Below, one piece after another: positions 39,201-46,660 of a stretch of DNA of 64,000 bases. The position numbers were made by a program, and so were the translations under genes. The stretch's first letter is position 1, and each line of letters opens with the position of its first letter. The stretch is from Saccharospirillaceae bacterium (GTDB lineage Bacteria > Pseudomonadota > Gammaproteobacteria > Pseudomonadales > Oceanobacteraceae). Where the stretch lies: the NCBI GenBank assembly GCA_021208685.1, contig JAJOJJ010000021.1:46353-110352 (forward strand). Reading direction: 5' to 3'. The notes beneath the pieces were generated by a model, which worked only from the letters and a program-made list of their open reading frames with translations, was not told the origin of the DNA and ran no database searches.

Positions 39201-39908
39201 TTCACCACCGGCGGTACCTGCTGTTGCCACGTTGGCTACGGTATTACCACCACCGCCAACACCGTCAAAGGCCACGGCAGCGGGTGTGCCGCCGGTTGTC
39301 GGTTGCCCTGCCGCATCCAGAACGGTGCGCGTCGATTCGGCAATGCCGGAATCCGCTGCGCCGATGGCCAGACCATTAGAAATCAGTTGCAACCCCTGCT
39401 CCTGCAACACCGATTCACTGGCATTGAGGTTGAGGATGGCGGTCGCCAGATTGGTCAGCCGTGGCGGCTGGTTGGCAATCTGAATACGGATATCGTCTAA
39501 AACGCCGTTGACCACACCGTTTTCATTGGCGGCATAGCCCTGCAGACGCGAGCCATTGTTAGCAACCACAAACCCGTCTTTATCGAGTGAGAAAATCCCG
39601 GAACGGGTATACGACACACTGCCGCGGTCTTCCAGAACAAAAAAGCCATTACCGTCAATCGCCATATCCAGTGCGTTTTCTGTACCACTGATATTGCCCT
39701 GACTGAATTGCTGACGGACGTTATCCACCATCACCCCGCTGCCAACCGGTTTAATACCGGTTCCCAGCAACGTGGTGGTGTAGACGTCGGAAAATTCCGC
39801 ACGCGATTGTTTAAAGCCAGTGGTACTGGCATTGGCAATGTTATTACCGGTTACCTCAAGGTCGGTCGAGGCAGCCCGAATACCACTTAAACCAATATTA
39901 AAAGCCAT
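36273..39908 (-). CDS. flgE: Flagellar hook protein, 1211 aa
   Basis: GNNIANASTTGFK, LDMAIDGNGFF and C-terminal LEDSNVDLSEELVGLIIAQRNFQA. Confidence 0.96.
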   Translation of the reverse strand: MAFNIGLSGIRAASTDLEVTGNNIANASTTGFKQSRAEFSDVYTTTLLGTGIKPVGSGVMVDNVRQQFSQGNISGTENALDMAIDGNGFFVLEDRGSVSYTRSGIFSLDKDGFVVANNGSRLQGYAANENGVVNGVLDDIRIQIANQPPRLTNLATAILNLNASESVLQEQGLQLISNGLAIGAADSGIAESTRTVLDAAGQPTTGGTPAAVAFDGVGGGGNTVANVATAGTAGGETFDVDLGDGNGVQTITLQAIPAGSTQAEALTLIQQSVDAVLGSQQLTATVDGSGNLVFQRAGYRATDGSSFVFSNSATLAAFGAAGAVTAGTQGSLLFVGSGALTADFRSIPGTSTTTRTTATPSLNIVSSDPGQFAQLTASNLYGALDISAGGGNVLAFTIATETGATYQINLSEAAWQGAAPGSGYATLNITDAVAQINAQITLTAGAGNEEVLAVNNAGRIEFRVQAPATQGDYLQIATNAVSSVGLTLDSIGFLSGNRFNNGVEPVQANNVFQLEVTSTTGNGGGPFNITIPPASYASLDDLAVAIQQQIDVYIGASGIAGKVTVDAVGGQLVFTNTNVGSGEGISITPTVAEPQAVAALGFDSLFVVTGEDEVDKSNSFRINLTVPAPDSENRSGSVLITLDEEYRSVQQLAASINRQLNSQDSENYIGVQATAVEIEPNVVPPQYQLELRATEAGEASIISISNISASGPDITAADLYGLLQANPSDSTLLTTGIEGVSNEYPEQTVVLTNPDGEETEIVIPERSEANAIVALFNKQPGVTASALTTMNIPLSGYNSPGNDMRLTLNGQVLTSTSLADIADEINAFRGTTLPGFHADITAAGDLVITNEIGRDIKLSIASPVVSDSLVVQGAANTGPVVLGGSTSADLSAAVGGVVTFILNENYTLSQPDPVVSGIFGALTPDEFTPYTLNAFDPKDQDTYNHATSMNIYDSLGNTHVMTQYFVKEPVDPSRPNEANLWAMYVQVDGYDVGDPDPTLPFPQNLEPTMARFELFFNQDGSFDPLSTGQIYITNWDPKDVDGNPTGALSSVNVLEGGLPLSDPPSNSNFQIDLTGSTQFGSAFAVNEVSQNGYTTGRLTGLEVDQEGIIFARFTNGQAQTLGQVALANFRNPEGLTPLGDTAWAESFESGDPTIGSPRTASFGQVRSSALEDSNVDLSEELVGLIIAQRNFQASAKTIETTDQVTQTILNI

Positions 39909-39935
39909 AATTTAGTCTCCGTTGCCCGTTCCGAA

Positions 39936-40727
39936 CTACTCATCCAGAATCTGTTTAATCTGATCCAGCGAGGCACTGCGGCCACCCGCCAGGTTCAGAG
40001 TGACTTTTCCACTGCCGCTCATCGTCACACTGTCAACCCGTGAGCTCATCTGCAGTCCCAGCTCTTCCGATTTGCCACCGATCATGCCGGTGACCTTAAA
40101 CACGTACTCACCTGCCGGATAAGGCACAGGCACTTTGTTGCCGTTAGCATCCAGCACAAACTCCCCGTCTTCATCTTTGTAATATTCCTGGCGGTTGAGC
40201 TTATTCACATCGATATCGATAATCTCACCATCCACCATCATATTCAGACCATCCCAGCGGACCGACATCGGCCCTTCGCTGCGGTTGCCCAGAGGCATCT
40301 GCTCCAGCAGCACGCCGTTCTCATCCTCAATACTCAGCTGCAGGTTCGTAGCACTTTCCGGCACCTCGGTATAACCGCTGACCACGCCCCCGCTCAGCAA
40401 CAGACCGGTTTCGTTACCTTCAACAATGACCGACTGCCCCACCAGACTGGAGGCCTGCAATGCCGAAACCGAGTTAAAACGCGAAAACATGTTTTCACTG
40501 GTGGTATTGAGCTTGTCGATACCTTCTACGGTGGAAAACTGCGCCAGTTGCGCCACAAACGCCTGGTTATCCGTCGGCTCCAGCGGGTTCTGATTGTTCA
40601 GCTGCGCCACCATCAGTTCGAGGAACGCGTCCTGCCCTAATTCGTTCTGCTTCGGTTCGGTACTGCTGGCCGGCTTGCGGTACTGATCCAGCGCAGCAGT
40701 GTTATTACTGACTTCATTAATGGCCAT
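39936..40727 (-). CDS. flgD: Hook capping protein
   Basis: FLELMVAQLNNQNPLEP and AQLAQFS. Confidence 0.95.
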   Translation of the reverse strand: MAINEVSNNTAALDQYRKPASSTEPKQNELGQDAFLELMVAQLNNQNPLEPTDNQAFVAQLAQFSTVEGIDKLNTTSENMFSRFNSVSALQASSLVGQSVIVEGNETGLLLSGGVVSGYTEVPESATNLQLSIEDENGVLLEQMPLGNRSEGPMSVRWDGLNMMVDGEIIDIDVNKLNRQEYYKDEDGEFVLDANGNKVPVPYPAGEYVFKVTGMIGGKSEELGLQMSSRVDSVTMSGSGKVTLNLAGGRSASLDQIKQILDE

Positions 40728-40737
40728 AACCTGCTCC

Positions 40738-41187
40738 TTACTGTCCCAGACTCAACGTACGCTGCAGCATCTGTTTGGCGGTTTTCAGTACCTCAACATT
40801 CATCTGATAGCTGCGCGATGAAGACATCATGTCGGTCATTTCTTCAACGATATTGACGTTCGGGTAGTACACATAACCATCGTCATTGGCCATCGGGTGA
40901 TCCGGCTGAAAACGCTGCTGTAACGGGGCGTCTTTTTCCACAATTCCCATCACCTGAACGCCAGCGCCGGTGCCGTCTTCAATACTCTGAAATTCGTTGT
41001 TGGCGTTCACTTCCATAAAGGTTTTATGCATCACCGCAAACCAGGGCTTGCGCGCACGGTAGGTTTCATCGACCGAACTGGACGCACTTTCCGCATTGGC
41101 AATGTTACTGGCGGTGGTATTAATCCGGATCGACTGGGCATTCATGCCGGAACCGGCAATATCAAAAACATTCGATAACGACATCAT
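40738..41187 (-). CDS. flgC: Rod protein FlgC
   Basis: ASNIANAES, PDHPMAN and YYPNVN. Confidence 0.96.
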   Translation of the reverse strand: MMSLSNVFDIAGSGMNAQSIRINTTASNIANAESASSSVDETYRARKPWFAVMHKTFMEVNANNEFQSIEDGTGAGVQVMGIVEKDAPLQQRFQPDHPMANDDGYVYYPNVNIVEEMTDMMSSSRSYQMNVEVLKTAKQMLQRTLSLGQ

Positions 41188-41585
41188 TATTCTCCCCGGA
41201 TCGCGCCTTTCATGCCCTTGAACTTGCCGCTGAGAAATTCAAAGCTGGCGTTGTAATTCATGCTGTTGCGGCTAAAAAGAGCCTGCTCCATCTGAGAATC
41301 CACGGTATTGCCGTCAATGGATGGCTGAATCGGATTACGGTACAGCAGCTCATCATCACGCTGGCTGCGCCCACTGAGGTGACCCGTGTGGGTACGCTGC
41401 ATGGCAACGCTGTTGCGGGAACTCACCTCACCGGCGAGAACGGCCTGAAAGTTGATGTCACGGGCCTTAAATCCCGGAGTGTCGGAGTTAGCCAGATTAT
41501 TGGCCAGAATCTCGGCTCTTGCCGCACGCAACTGCAGTGCAGAAGAATGAATGCCAAGCGCATTAGTGAAATTGATAGAAGCCAT
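41187..41585 (-). CDS. flgB: Rod protein FlgB
   Basis: NNLANSDTPGFKARD and DGNTVD. Confidence 0.96.
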   Translation of the reverse strand: MASINFTNALGIHSSALQLRAARAEILANNLANSDTPGFKARDINFQAVLAGEVSSRNSVAMQRTHTGHLSGRSQRDDELLYRNPIQPSIDGNTVDSQMEQALFSRNSMNYNASFEFLSGKFKGMKGAIRGE

Positions 41586-41620
41586 AATCCGATTCTCTTA
41601 CGTGACTATGACTGGATGTT

Positions 41621-41636
41621 AGCAACGGCTGTGCCA
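41621..41636 (-). promoter_or_regulatory. sigma54 promoter of flgB operon
   Basis: Consensus TGGCAC-AGCCG-TTGCT; IHF-like site TTTCAA-N4-TTG at 41655-41667. Confidence 0.9.
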
Positions 41637-41671
41637 AATAAATTTATTGTTATTTTTCAATGACTTGAAAA

Positions 41672-41695
41672 TAAAAAGCCGCCTTATAAGGCGGC
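41672..41695 (-). terminator. Terminator after cheV-cheR
   Basis: Perfect 18-bp palindrome GCCGCCTTATAAGGCGGC followed by TTTTT on the minus strand. Confidence 0.7.
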
Positions 41696-41746
41696 AACAG
41701 AGCGGCAATTTAACGGCAACGGCAACGCTTTACCGACCGGCGGCAA
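41692..41746. promoter_or_regulatory. Candidate enhancer: five CGGCAA copies upstream of the flgB promoter
   Basis: CGGCAA starts at 41692, 41703, 41714, 41720 and 41741. Confidence 0.6.
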
Positions 41747-41751
41747 AGCGC

Positions 41752-42588
41752 TTACACCGCTCCGGTTTTCTTCGCCCGGTACACAATACCCGGATGGCAC
41801 TGCACCATTTCAAAATACTCACCTAAGTTATTCATCGCTTCAGAAGCGCCCAGCATCAGATAGCCACCCGGATTCAGGCTGCCATGCATGCGCCGGAGAA
41901 TGTCGTGCTTCAGATCCGCAGAAAAATAAATCAGGACGTTACGGCAGAAAATGATGTCAAATTTGCCCAGCAACGAAAAACTCTGCTGCAGGTTCTGGGC
42001 ACGGAAATCGACCCGGCTGCGCACCTGCGCATTAATTCGCCAGCGGTCAGAATCCACCTCATCAAAATACACCTTCAGATGCTGATCGTTCATACCACGG
42101 CGTATCGCCAGTTGCTGATAAACGCCTTCTTTTGCCGCCGCCAATGAACTCGGTGAGATATCCGTTGCCGTGATCCGCTCACCCGTCACCAACTGACCAG
42201 GATTCTTTTTTCTGAACTCCTCAATCTCAATGCTGAGCGAATACGGCTCCTGACCGGTAGAACAGGCCGCCGACCAGATTTTTAAAGGCCGCCGCTGCTG
42301 AGCCATTTCCGGCAACAACTTTTCACGGAAAATACGGTAAGGATGCTCATCACGAAACCACAGGGTTTCATTGGTGGTCATTGCATCAATCACACTTTCC
42401 TGCAGATTGCGGTTGCGCTCCATGGCGATCAGCAAATCCGAAATACTGGCCACCGACTCGCGCTCCATCATGCGCCGCAGACGGCTGGTCACCAGATATT
42501 CTTTCCCCTCTCCCAGCATGATGCCACTGCTTTTCTCCAGCATATGACGGAAGCGGTTATATTCATCCACTGACATATCTTTGGTCAT
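41752..42588 (-). CDS. cheR: Chemotaxis methyltransferase
   Basis: MTTNETLWFRD, IWSAACSTGQEPYS and FDIIFCRNVLIYF. Confidence 0.97.
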   Translation of the reverse strand: MTKDMSVDEYNRFRHMLEKSSGIMLGEGKEYLVTSRLRRMMERESVASISDLLIAMERNRNLQESVIDAMTTNETLWFRDEHPYRIFREKLLPEMAQQRRPLKIWSAACSTGQEPYSLSIEIEEFRKKNPGQLVTGERITATDISPSSLAAAKEGVYQQLAIRRGMNDQHLKVYFDEVDSDRWRINAQVRSRVDFRAQNLQQSFSLLGKFDIIFCRNVLIYFSADLKHDILRRMHGSLNPGGYLMLGASEAMNNLGEYFEMVQCHPGIVYRAKKTGAV

Positions 42589-42606
42589 AATTTTATCCAG
42601 ATAACC

Positions 42607-43533
42607 CTAACCTGCTGCATTCACTTGTTTGACTACCCGTTCTGCCAGAATGTCCGGATCAAATTTGGCAATAAAATCATTGGCTCCCACTTTCTCCACC
42701 ATCGCCTTATTAAAAACACCGCTGAGTGACGAATGAAGAACGATAAAGAAACCTGCCATCCGGCTGTCTCCCCGGACACGGGTTGTCAGGGTATAACCAT
42801 CCATTTCCGGCATTTCGATATCTGAAATCATCATCATGTAATGATCACTGACATCCTCCCCCGCCTCAGCGATGGCATACAGATGCTCCCAGGCCTGACG
42901 TCCGTCATTGAGCGCGATCACCTCAACACCCACATTTTCCAGACAACGGCTGACCTGCTTGCGGGCAATTTTGGAGTCATCAACGATCAGGACTTTTTTG
43001 GCCCGCGCTCTTTGCTGAACATCGTCAGTAATCACACCTTCACTGATCTGCTCATTCACCGGCGACACTTCAGCCAGAATTTTTTCCACATCAATGATTT
43101 CCACCAGCTGCTTATCGACTTCGGTAACCGCTGTCAGATAATGCTCCCGGCCAGTTCCCTTCGGTGGCGGGTGAATATCACCCCAGTTCATATTGATAAT
43201 CCGTTCCACACCAGCCACCAGAAAACCCTGCGTTTTCAGGTTGTATTCGGTAATGATAACGAAGGCATTCTTCAGATCCTGCAACGGCATATTGCCGGTT
43301 GCCATACTCATATCCATAATCGGAATCGTGCCCGAACGGATGTGCGCAACCCCCCGCACCACCGGGTTACTGCCCGGCAGAATGGTGAGTTTCGGGCATT
43401 GCAACACCTCTTTCACTTTGAAGACGTTGATGCCATAAATCTGCCGTCCATTGACGCGAAACAGCAGCAGCTCCAGCCGGTTTTCACCAACGAGCTGCGT
43501 GCGCTGATTCACTGTGTCTAACACACCTGCCAT
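42607..43533 (-). CDS. cheV: CheW-receiver hybrid
   Basis: NRLELLLF, YGINVFKVKEV and receiver motifs SDIEMPEMDGY and SSLSG. Confidence 0.96.
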   Translation of the reverse strand: MAGVLDTVNQRTQLVGENRLELLLFRVNGRQIYGINVFKVKEVLQCPKLTILPGSNPVVRGVAHIRSGTIPIMDMSMATGNMPLQDLKNAFVIITEYNLKTQGFLVAGVERIINMNWGDIHPPPKGTGREHYLTAVTEVDKQLVEIIDVEKILAEVSPVNEQISEGVITDDVQQRARAKKVLIVDDSKIARKQVSRCLENVGVEVIALNDGRQAWEHLYAIAEAGEDVSDHYMMMISDIEMPEMDGYTLTTRVRGDSRMAGFFIVLHSSLSGVFNKAMVEKVGANDFIAKFDPDILAERVVKQVNAAG

Positions 43534-43556
43534 AACAAGCTCCCCAAAAATCGATC

Positions 43557-43572
43557 CGGCATGACCTTTGCT
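43557..43572 (+). promoter_or_regulatory. sigma54 promoter of flgA
   Basis: CGGCAT-GACCT-TTGCT (GG-N10-GC). Confidence 0.6.
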
Positions 43573-43630
43573 GTACCTGTTGAACCCTTGGATTCAACGC
43601 CAGATAAATGACATTCAGTATTACGTGTTT

Positions 43631-44341
43631 ATGAGCATAGTAGAGAACCAGCACCATCGTCGGATATTTGCTGCAATTTTCCTTGGCAGCACCATCCTGC
43701 TGTGTTCCCGGCAGGTACTGGCCGATGACTGGCAGAACAGGGTTGAACAGCGCTTACTGACACGCTGGCAGGAAATCAGTGGCGAAAAGACCGACAGCGC
43801 CATCTCATTTCCCGGCCTGCAAACGAACTACGCCTTACCGGAGTGCAGCAGCGGTTTTGAACTGACACTGGTCAAACCACTGCAGGCCGGACGTAACGGA
43901 CTGGAAATCAGCTGCAGCACCCCCTACTGGAAGCAGCATCTGGCCATACAACTCCATGTTTACAAAAACGTAGCCGTGCTCAGAAACGCCGTCGCCGCTG
44001 ATCAGCCACTGACCGCAGACGACATATCCATGGTGCGCCATGATATTGGCGAACTGAGTAAAGGCTTCTACAGCCGCAAAGACGATGTTACTCATCAGGT
44101 TTCACGGCGCAGCCAGCGCGCAGGCACAGTCCTCAGCCCGGACATGCTGGACCCGCCAATCATCGTCAGCCGTCATGAGCCGGTGAAGATTCAGGCTCAG
44201 AGGCCAGGAATAACGATACAAATGAACGGCACAGCACTGGAAAATGGCCGTCTGCATGAGCGAATCCGCGTGCGCAATGAACAGTCTGAGAAAATCGTCT
44301 TCGGGCGGGTAGCAGGCCCCGGCTTAGTACAGATCGAATAA
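43631..44341 (+). CDS. flgA: P-ring assembly chaperone
   Basis: Signal peptide, SAF domain and GTALENGRLHERIRVRN; start moved to ATG 43631. Confidence 0.92.
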   Translation: MSIVENQHHRRIFAAIFLGSTILLCSRQVLADDWQNRVEQRLLTRWQEISGEKTDSAISFPGLQTNYALPECSSGFELTLVKPLQAGRNGLEISCSTPYWKQHLAIQLHVYKNVAVLRNAVAADQPLTADDISMVRHDIGELSKGFYSRKDDVTHQVSRRSQRAGTVLSPDMLDPPIIVSRHEPVKIQAQRPGITIQMNGTALENGRLHERIRVRNEQSEKIVFGRVAGPGLVQIE

Positions 44342-44357
44342 AATTTCAAAAAATGGC

Positions 44358-44384
44358 TAAAGTTCCAATAACCGCCGCCGATAA
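44358..44384 (+). promoter_or_regulatory. sigma28 promoter of flgMN
   Basis: Perfect TAAA-N15-GCCGATAA. Confidence 0.92.
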
Positions 44385-44431
44385 CACCTATGCAGGAGTG
44401 TAAAATGCCCAACTGGCTTGGAGATTTATCT

Positions 44432-44731
44432 ATGAATATCAATAAGTTAACTGGTGGAGTGGACAACAGTGCCCGCCCCCGGAATGAACCCGTCAACAAA
44501 GATCCGGCACCCACCGCCAAAGCGCAGGAAAGTGCAGCATTCACCGATCAGGTAAAGCTGAGCGCCAGCAGCAAAAGCATTCAGCAGGTTGAAGCTGAAA
44601 TCCGCGATATGCCCGATATCGACGACGCAACCGTTGAACGTATCCGCAGCGCGATCGATAAAGGCGAATACAAAATTGACTATGAAAAGCTGGCAGGAAA
44701 AATGCTTGATTTCGAGGACCGCCTCAACTGA
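44432..44731 (+). CDS. flgM: Anti-sigma28 factor
   Basis: DQVKLS, VERIRSAIDKGEYKID and AGKML; start at ATG 44432 after GGAG. Confidence 0.94.
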   Translation: MNINKLTGGVDNSARPRNEPVNKDPAPTAKAQESAAFTDQVKLSASSKSIQQVEAEIRDMPDIDDATVERIRSAIDKGEYKIDYEKLAGKMLDFEDRLN

Positions 44732-44745
44732 AGCCGTGATCCGTT

Positions 44746-45216
44746 ATGAGCACAGACATCGCACAATTTTCAGCTTTCCTGCAAACCGAGCTGGAACTGA
44801 CCTCAGGAATTCATGCAATTCTTGAACGGGAACGGGATGCTCTGGCCACCACAGATCTGCCGGGCCTGCAACAACTCCAACAGGAAAAAACACTCTGCCT
44901 CCGCCAGTTGCAAGAACACGCTGAAAAACGCCTGCAATGGATGAAAGACTCCGGGCTGCCACAATCAGCACAGTGCCTCCGGCATCCGGATATTGCCGCT
45001 GCGGCAACTATTTCCCCCCTGTGGCACGCACTTGAAAGCCAATACCAAAAGAATCAGACCCTATCGGTTCAACTGTCCGACATCGTGATTCAGGCACGTC
45101 ACCGCACCCAGCAAAAACTTAAAATCTTGCGTGGTCAGCATAATGATCCACACTTATACAACGATAAAGGGAAAGCAAGCAGCCTGACGCAGGGACAAGG
45201 GTATATTCAGGTCTGA
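44746..45216 (+). CDS. flgN: Flagellar export chaperone
   Basis: Helical protein following flgM; C-terminal LYNDKG. Confidence 0.85.
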   Translation: MSTDIAQFSAFLQTELELTSGIHAILERERDALATTDLPGLQQLQQEKTLCLRQLQEHAEKRLQWMKDSGLPQSAQCLRHPDIAAAATISPLWHALESQYQKNQTLSVQLSDIVIQARHRTQQKLKILRGQHNDPHLYNDKGKASSLTQGQGYIQV

Positions 45217-45238
45217 TCATGTCTGGGAACCAAGGGCA

Positions 45239-45979
45239 ATGTCTGAGGAAAATAATCAAGAATACCTGCTCGATGAAGCGGAAGACATTTACGGAGCATT
45301 GCGCAAAATCGTCCTGATGGGCACACCGGTAAAAGTGCGGATTGACGGCAGCGACGAAGAATTTACCTCCGCCATTCCGCAAACCGATTTCAAGAGCCGC
45401 AGCTTTTTCATGGACAAAGTCATTCCGCAACAAGGCAATGATCTTATCCGTGCAGGAAAACGCTTTCATATCGAATGTGACAGCCAGGGCGTACGTATTG
45501 AATTCCGCATGACCGGCCGGCTGAAATACCAGCCACAAAAAGAACAATACCGCGCTGAATTTCCGGATCAGGTACTTTACCTGCAACGTCGCACCGCGTA
45601 TCGCGTTGCTGTTCCGCCCGCCCACAACATATTGTTGAAAATAAAAATGAACGACGACGAAGGCGACCTGCTGGGTCGTTTGCTGGATTTATCCTCCAGC
45701 GGTTTTAAAGCTCACTTTAATACCAATGCCAAAAAGCGTCTGGAAGAGCAGCGTCATTTTCCAATCGCACGTGTTCGCTTTAATAAAGAAAATACCATGG
45801 ACTGCAGCCTGGAAGCCCGCCACATCATCAATGACGACGAAGGCAACACCATCTGCGGCTTTGCATTTACCATGATATCCGCCACCGCCCAGCGTTACCT
45901 TGACCGCCTGATTACGGAATTCCAGTGGGAAGAACGCCACCATAAAGACCTCGAAGAAGAATCCATCGGCGACGTTTAA
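45239..45979 (+). CDS. ycgR: c-di-GMP-binding PilZ flagellar brake (YcgR/FlgZ family)
   Basis: QRRTAYR (RxxxR) and DLSSSG (DxSxxG) PilZ motifs after a YcgR-N domain. Confidence 0.88.
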   Translation: MSEENNQEYLLDEAEDIYGALRKIVLMGTPVKVRIDGSDEEFTSAIPQTDFKSRSFFMDKVIPQQGNDLIRAGKRFHIECDSQGVRIEFRMTGRLKYQPQKEQYRAEFPDQVLYLQRRTAYRVAVPPAHNILLKIKMNDDEGDLLGRLLDLSSSGFKAHFNTNAKKRLEEQRHFPIARVRFNKENTMDCSLEARHIINDDEGNTICGFAFTMISATAQRYLDRLITEFQWEERHHKDLEEESIGDV

Positions 45980-45988
45980 CAACAAAGG

Positions 45989-46017
45989 CTGACATCACGG
46001 TCATCAGCCGTTAAAAT
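45989..46017 (+). promoter_or_regulatory. sigma70 promoter of tRNA-Arg
   Basis: CTGACA-N17-TAAAAT followed by the GC-rich discriminator GCCCGGCC. Confidence 0.7.
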
Positions 46018-46026
46018 GCCCGGCCT

Positions 46027-46102
46027 CTCCCCATAGTTCAACCGGATAGAACGGATGCCTCCTAAGCGTCAGATTCAGGTTCAAGTCCTGATGGGGAGGC
46101 CA
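46027..46102 (+). tRNA. tRNA-Arg (anticodon CCT)
   Basis: 76 nt: acceptor CTCCCCA/TGGGGAG, D arm GTTC/GAAC, anticodon arm GATGC-CT-CCT-AA-GCGTC, T arm TCAGG-TTCAAGT-CCTGA, encoded CCA. Confidence 0.96.
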
Positions 46103-46213
46103 GAAAAACCTTTATATATCAATGCTTTACAAAGAAACTCCAGTAATAACAGTGCATGTCACTGGCGTGTCAAATCAGGTTTTTCAGGCCTTCCGTGTCA
46201 AATTTTGTGTCAA
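46103..46213 (+). promoter_or_regulatory. Prophage attachment arm: IHF site plus integrase arm-type repeats
   Basis: TATCAA-TGCT-TTA (46117-46129) matches WATCAANNNNTTR exactly; (G)TGTCA(A) repeats at 46157, 46167, 46195 and 46207. Confidence 0.7.
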
Positions 46214-46601
46214 CAATCTACGTCTGATTTGCTTGTATCCGCACACTTGTGCAATTCGCAAAACTGACCGGAACCCCACGTATTCCCTGACGTTCTTCGC
46301 GCCCCCCTTATCCGGTATCCGCGCTGCTTTGCACTTTTCCGCACTTCGTGCAATTGAGTATTTCCCCTATCAGCCCCAGTACTGGCGCGGCTTTTGTCTC
46401 ATTTGCACACACAATAAACCGCACAAACTCGCTGAGTAAGGCCCGCAGGTTGGTGTGAGGTGGAGTGATTTTTTTCGCGGGAAGGTTTTTTATGTGTGGT
46501 GACTGGGCTGGCGGCCTGTTTGCAGATACAAAGTGTTATGAGCCCATGCGCACTGCGGCTTTGCGGCACTTCGATCATTTTTTTTGTTGCGTATTTTGAA
46601 C

Positions 46602-46637
46602 AATAAAAAATCCCGCGGGCCACGAATGGCCGGCGGG
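46602..46637 (-). terminator. Terminator of the phage late operon
   Basis: CCCGC-C-GGCCA-TTCG-TGGCC-C-GCGGG-ATTTTTT, downstream of the last tail gene. Confidence 0.8.
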
Positions 46638-46660
46638 CTTCAGTGCGGATGGTTTTCTGG

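Noticed and set aside
43534-43680. sigma28 promoter for cheV
   Set aside because: The best -10-like sequence (GCCGGATC) has no properly spaced -35.
46122-46623. Small ORFs in the att/cos interval
   Set aside because: No RBS or motifs; they overlap the IHF, arm and terminator elements.
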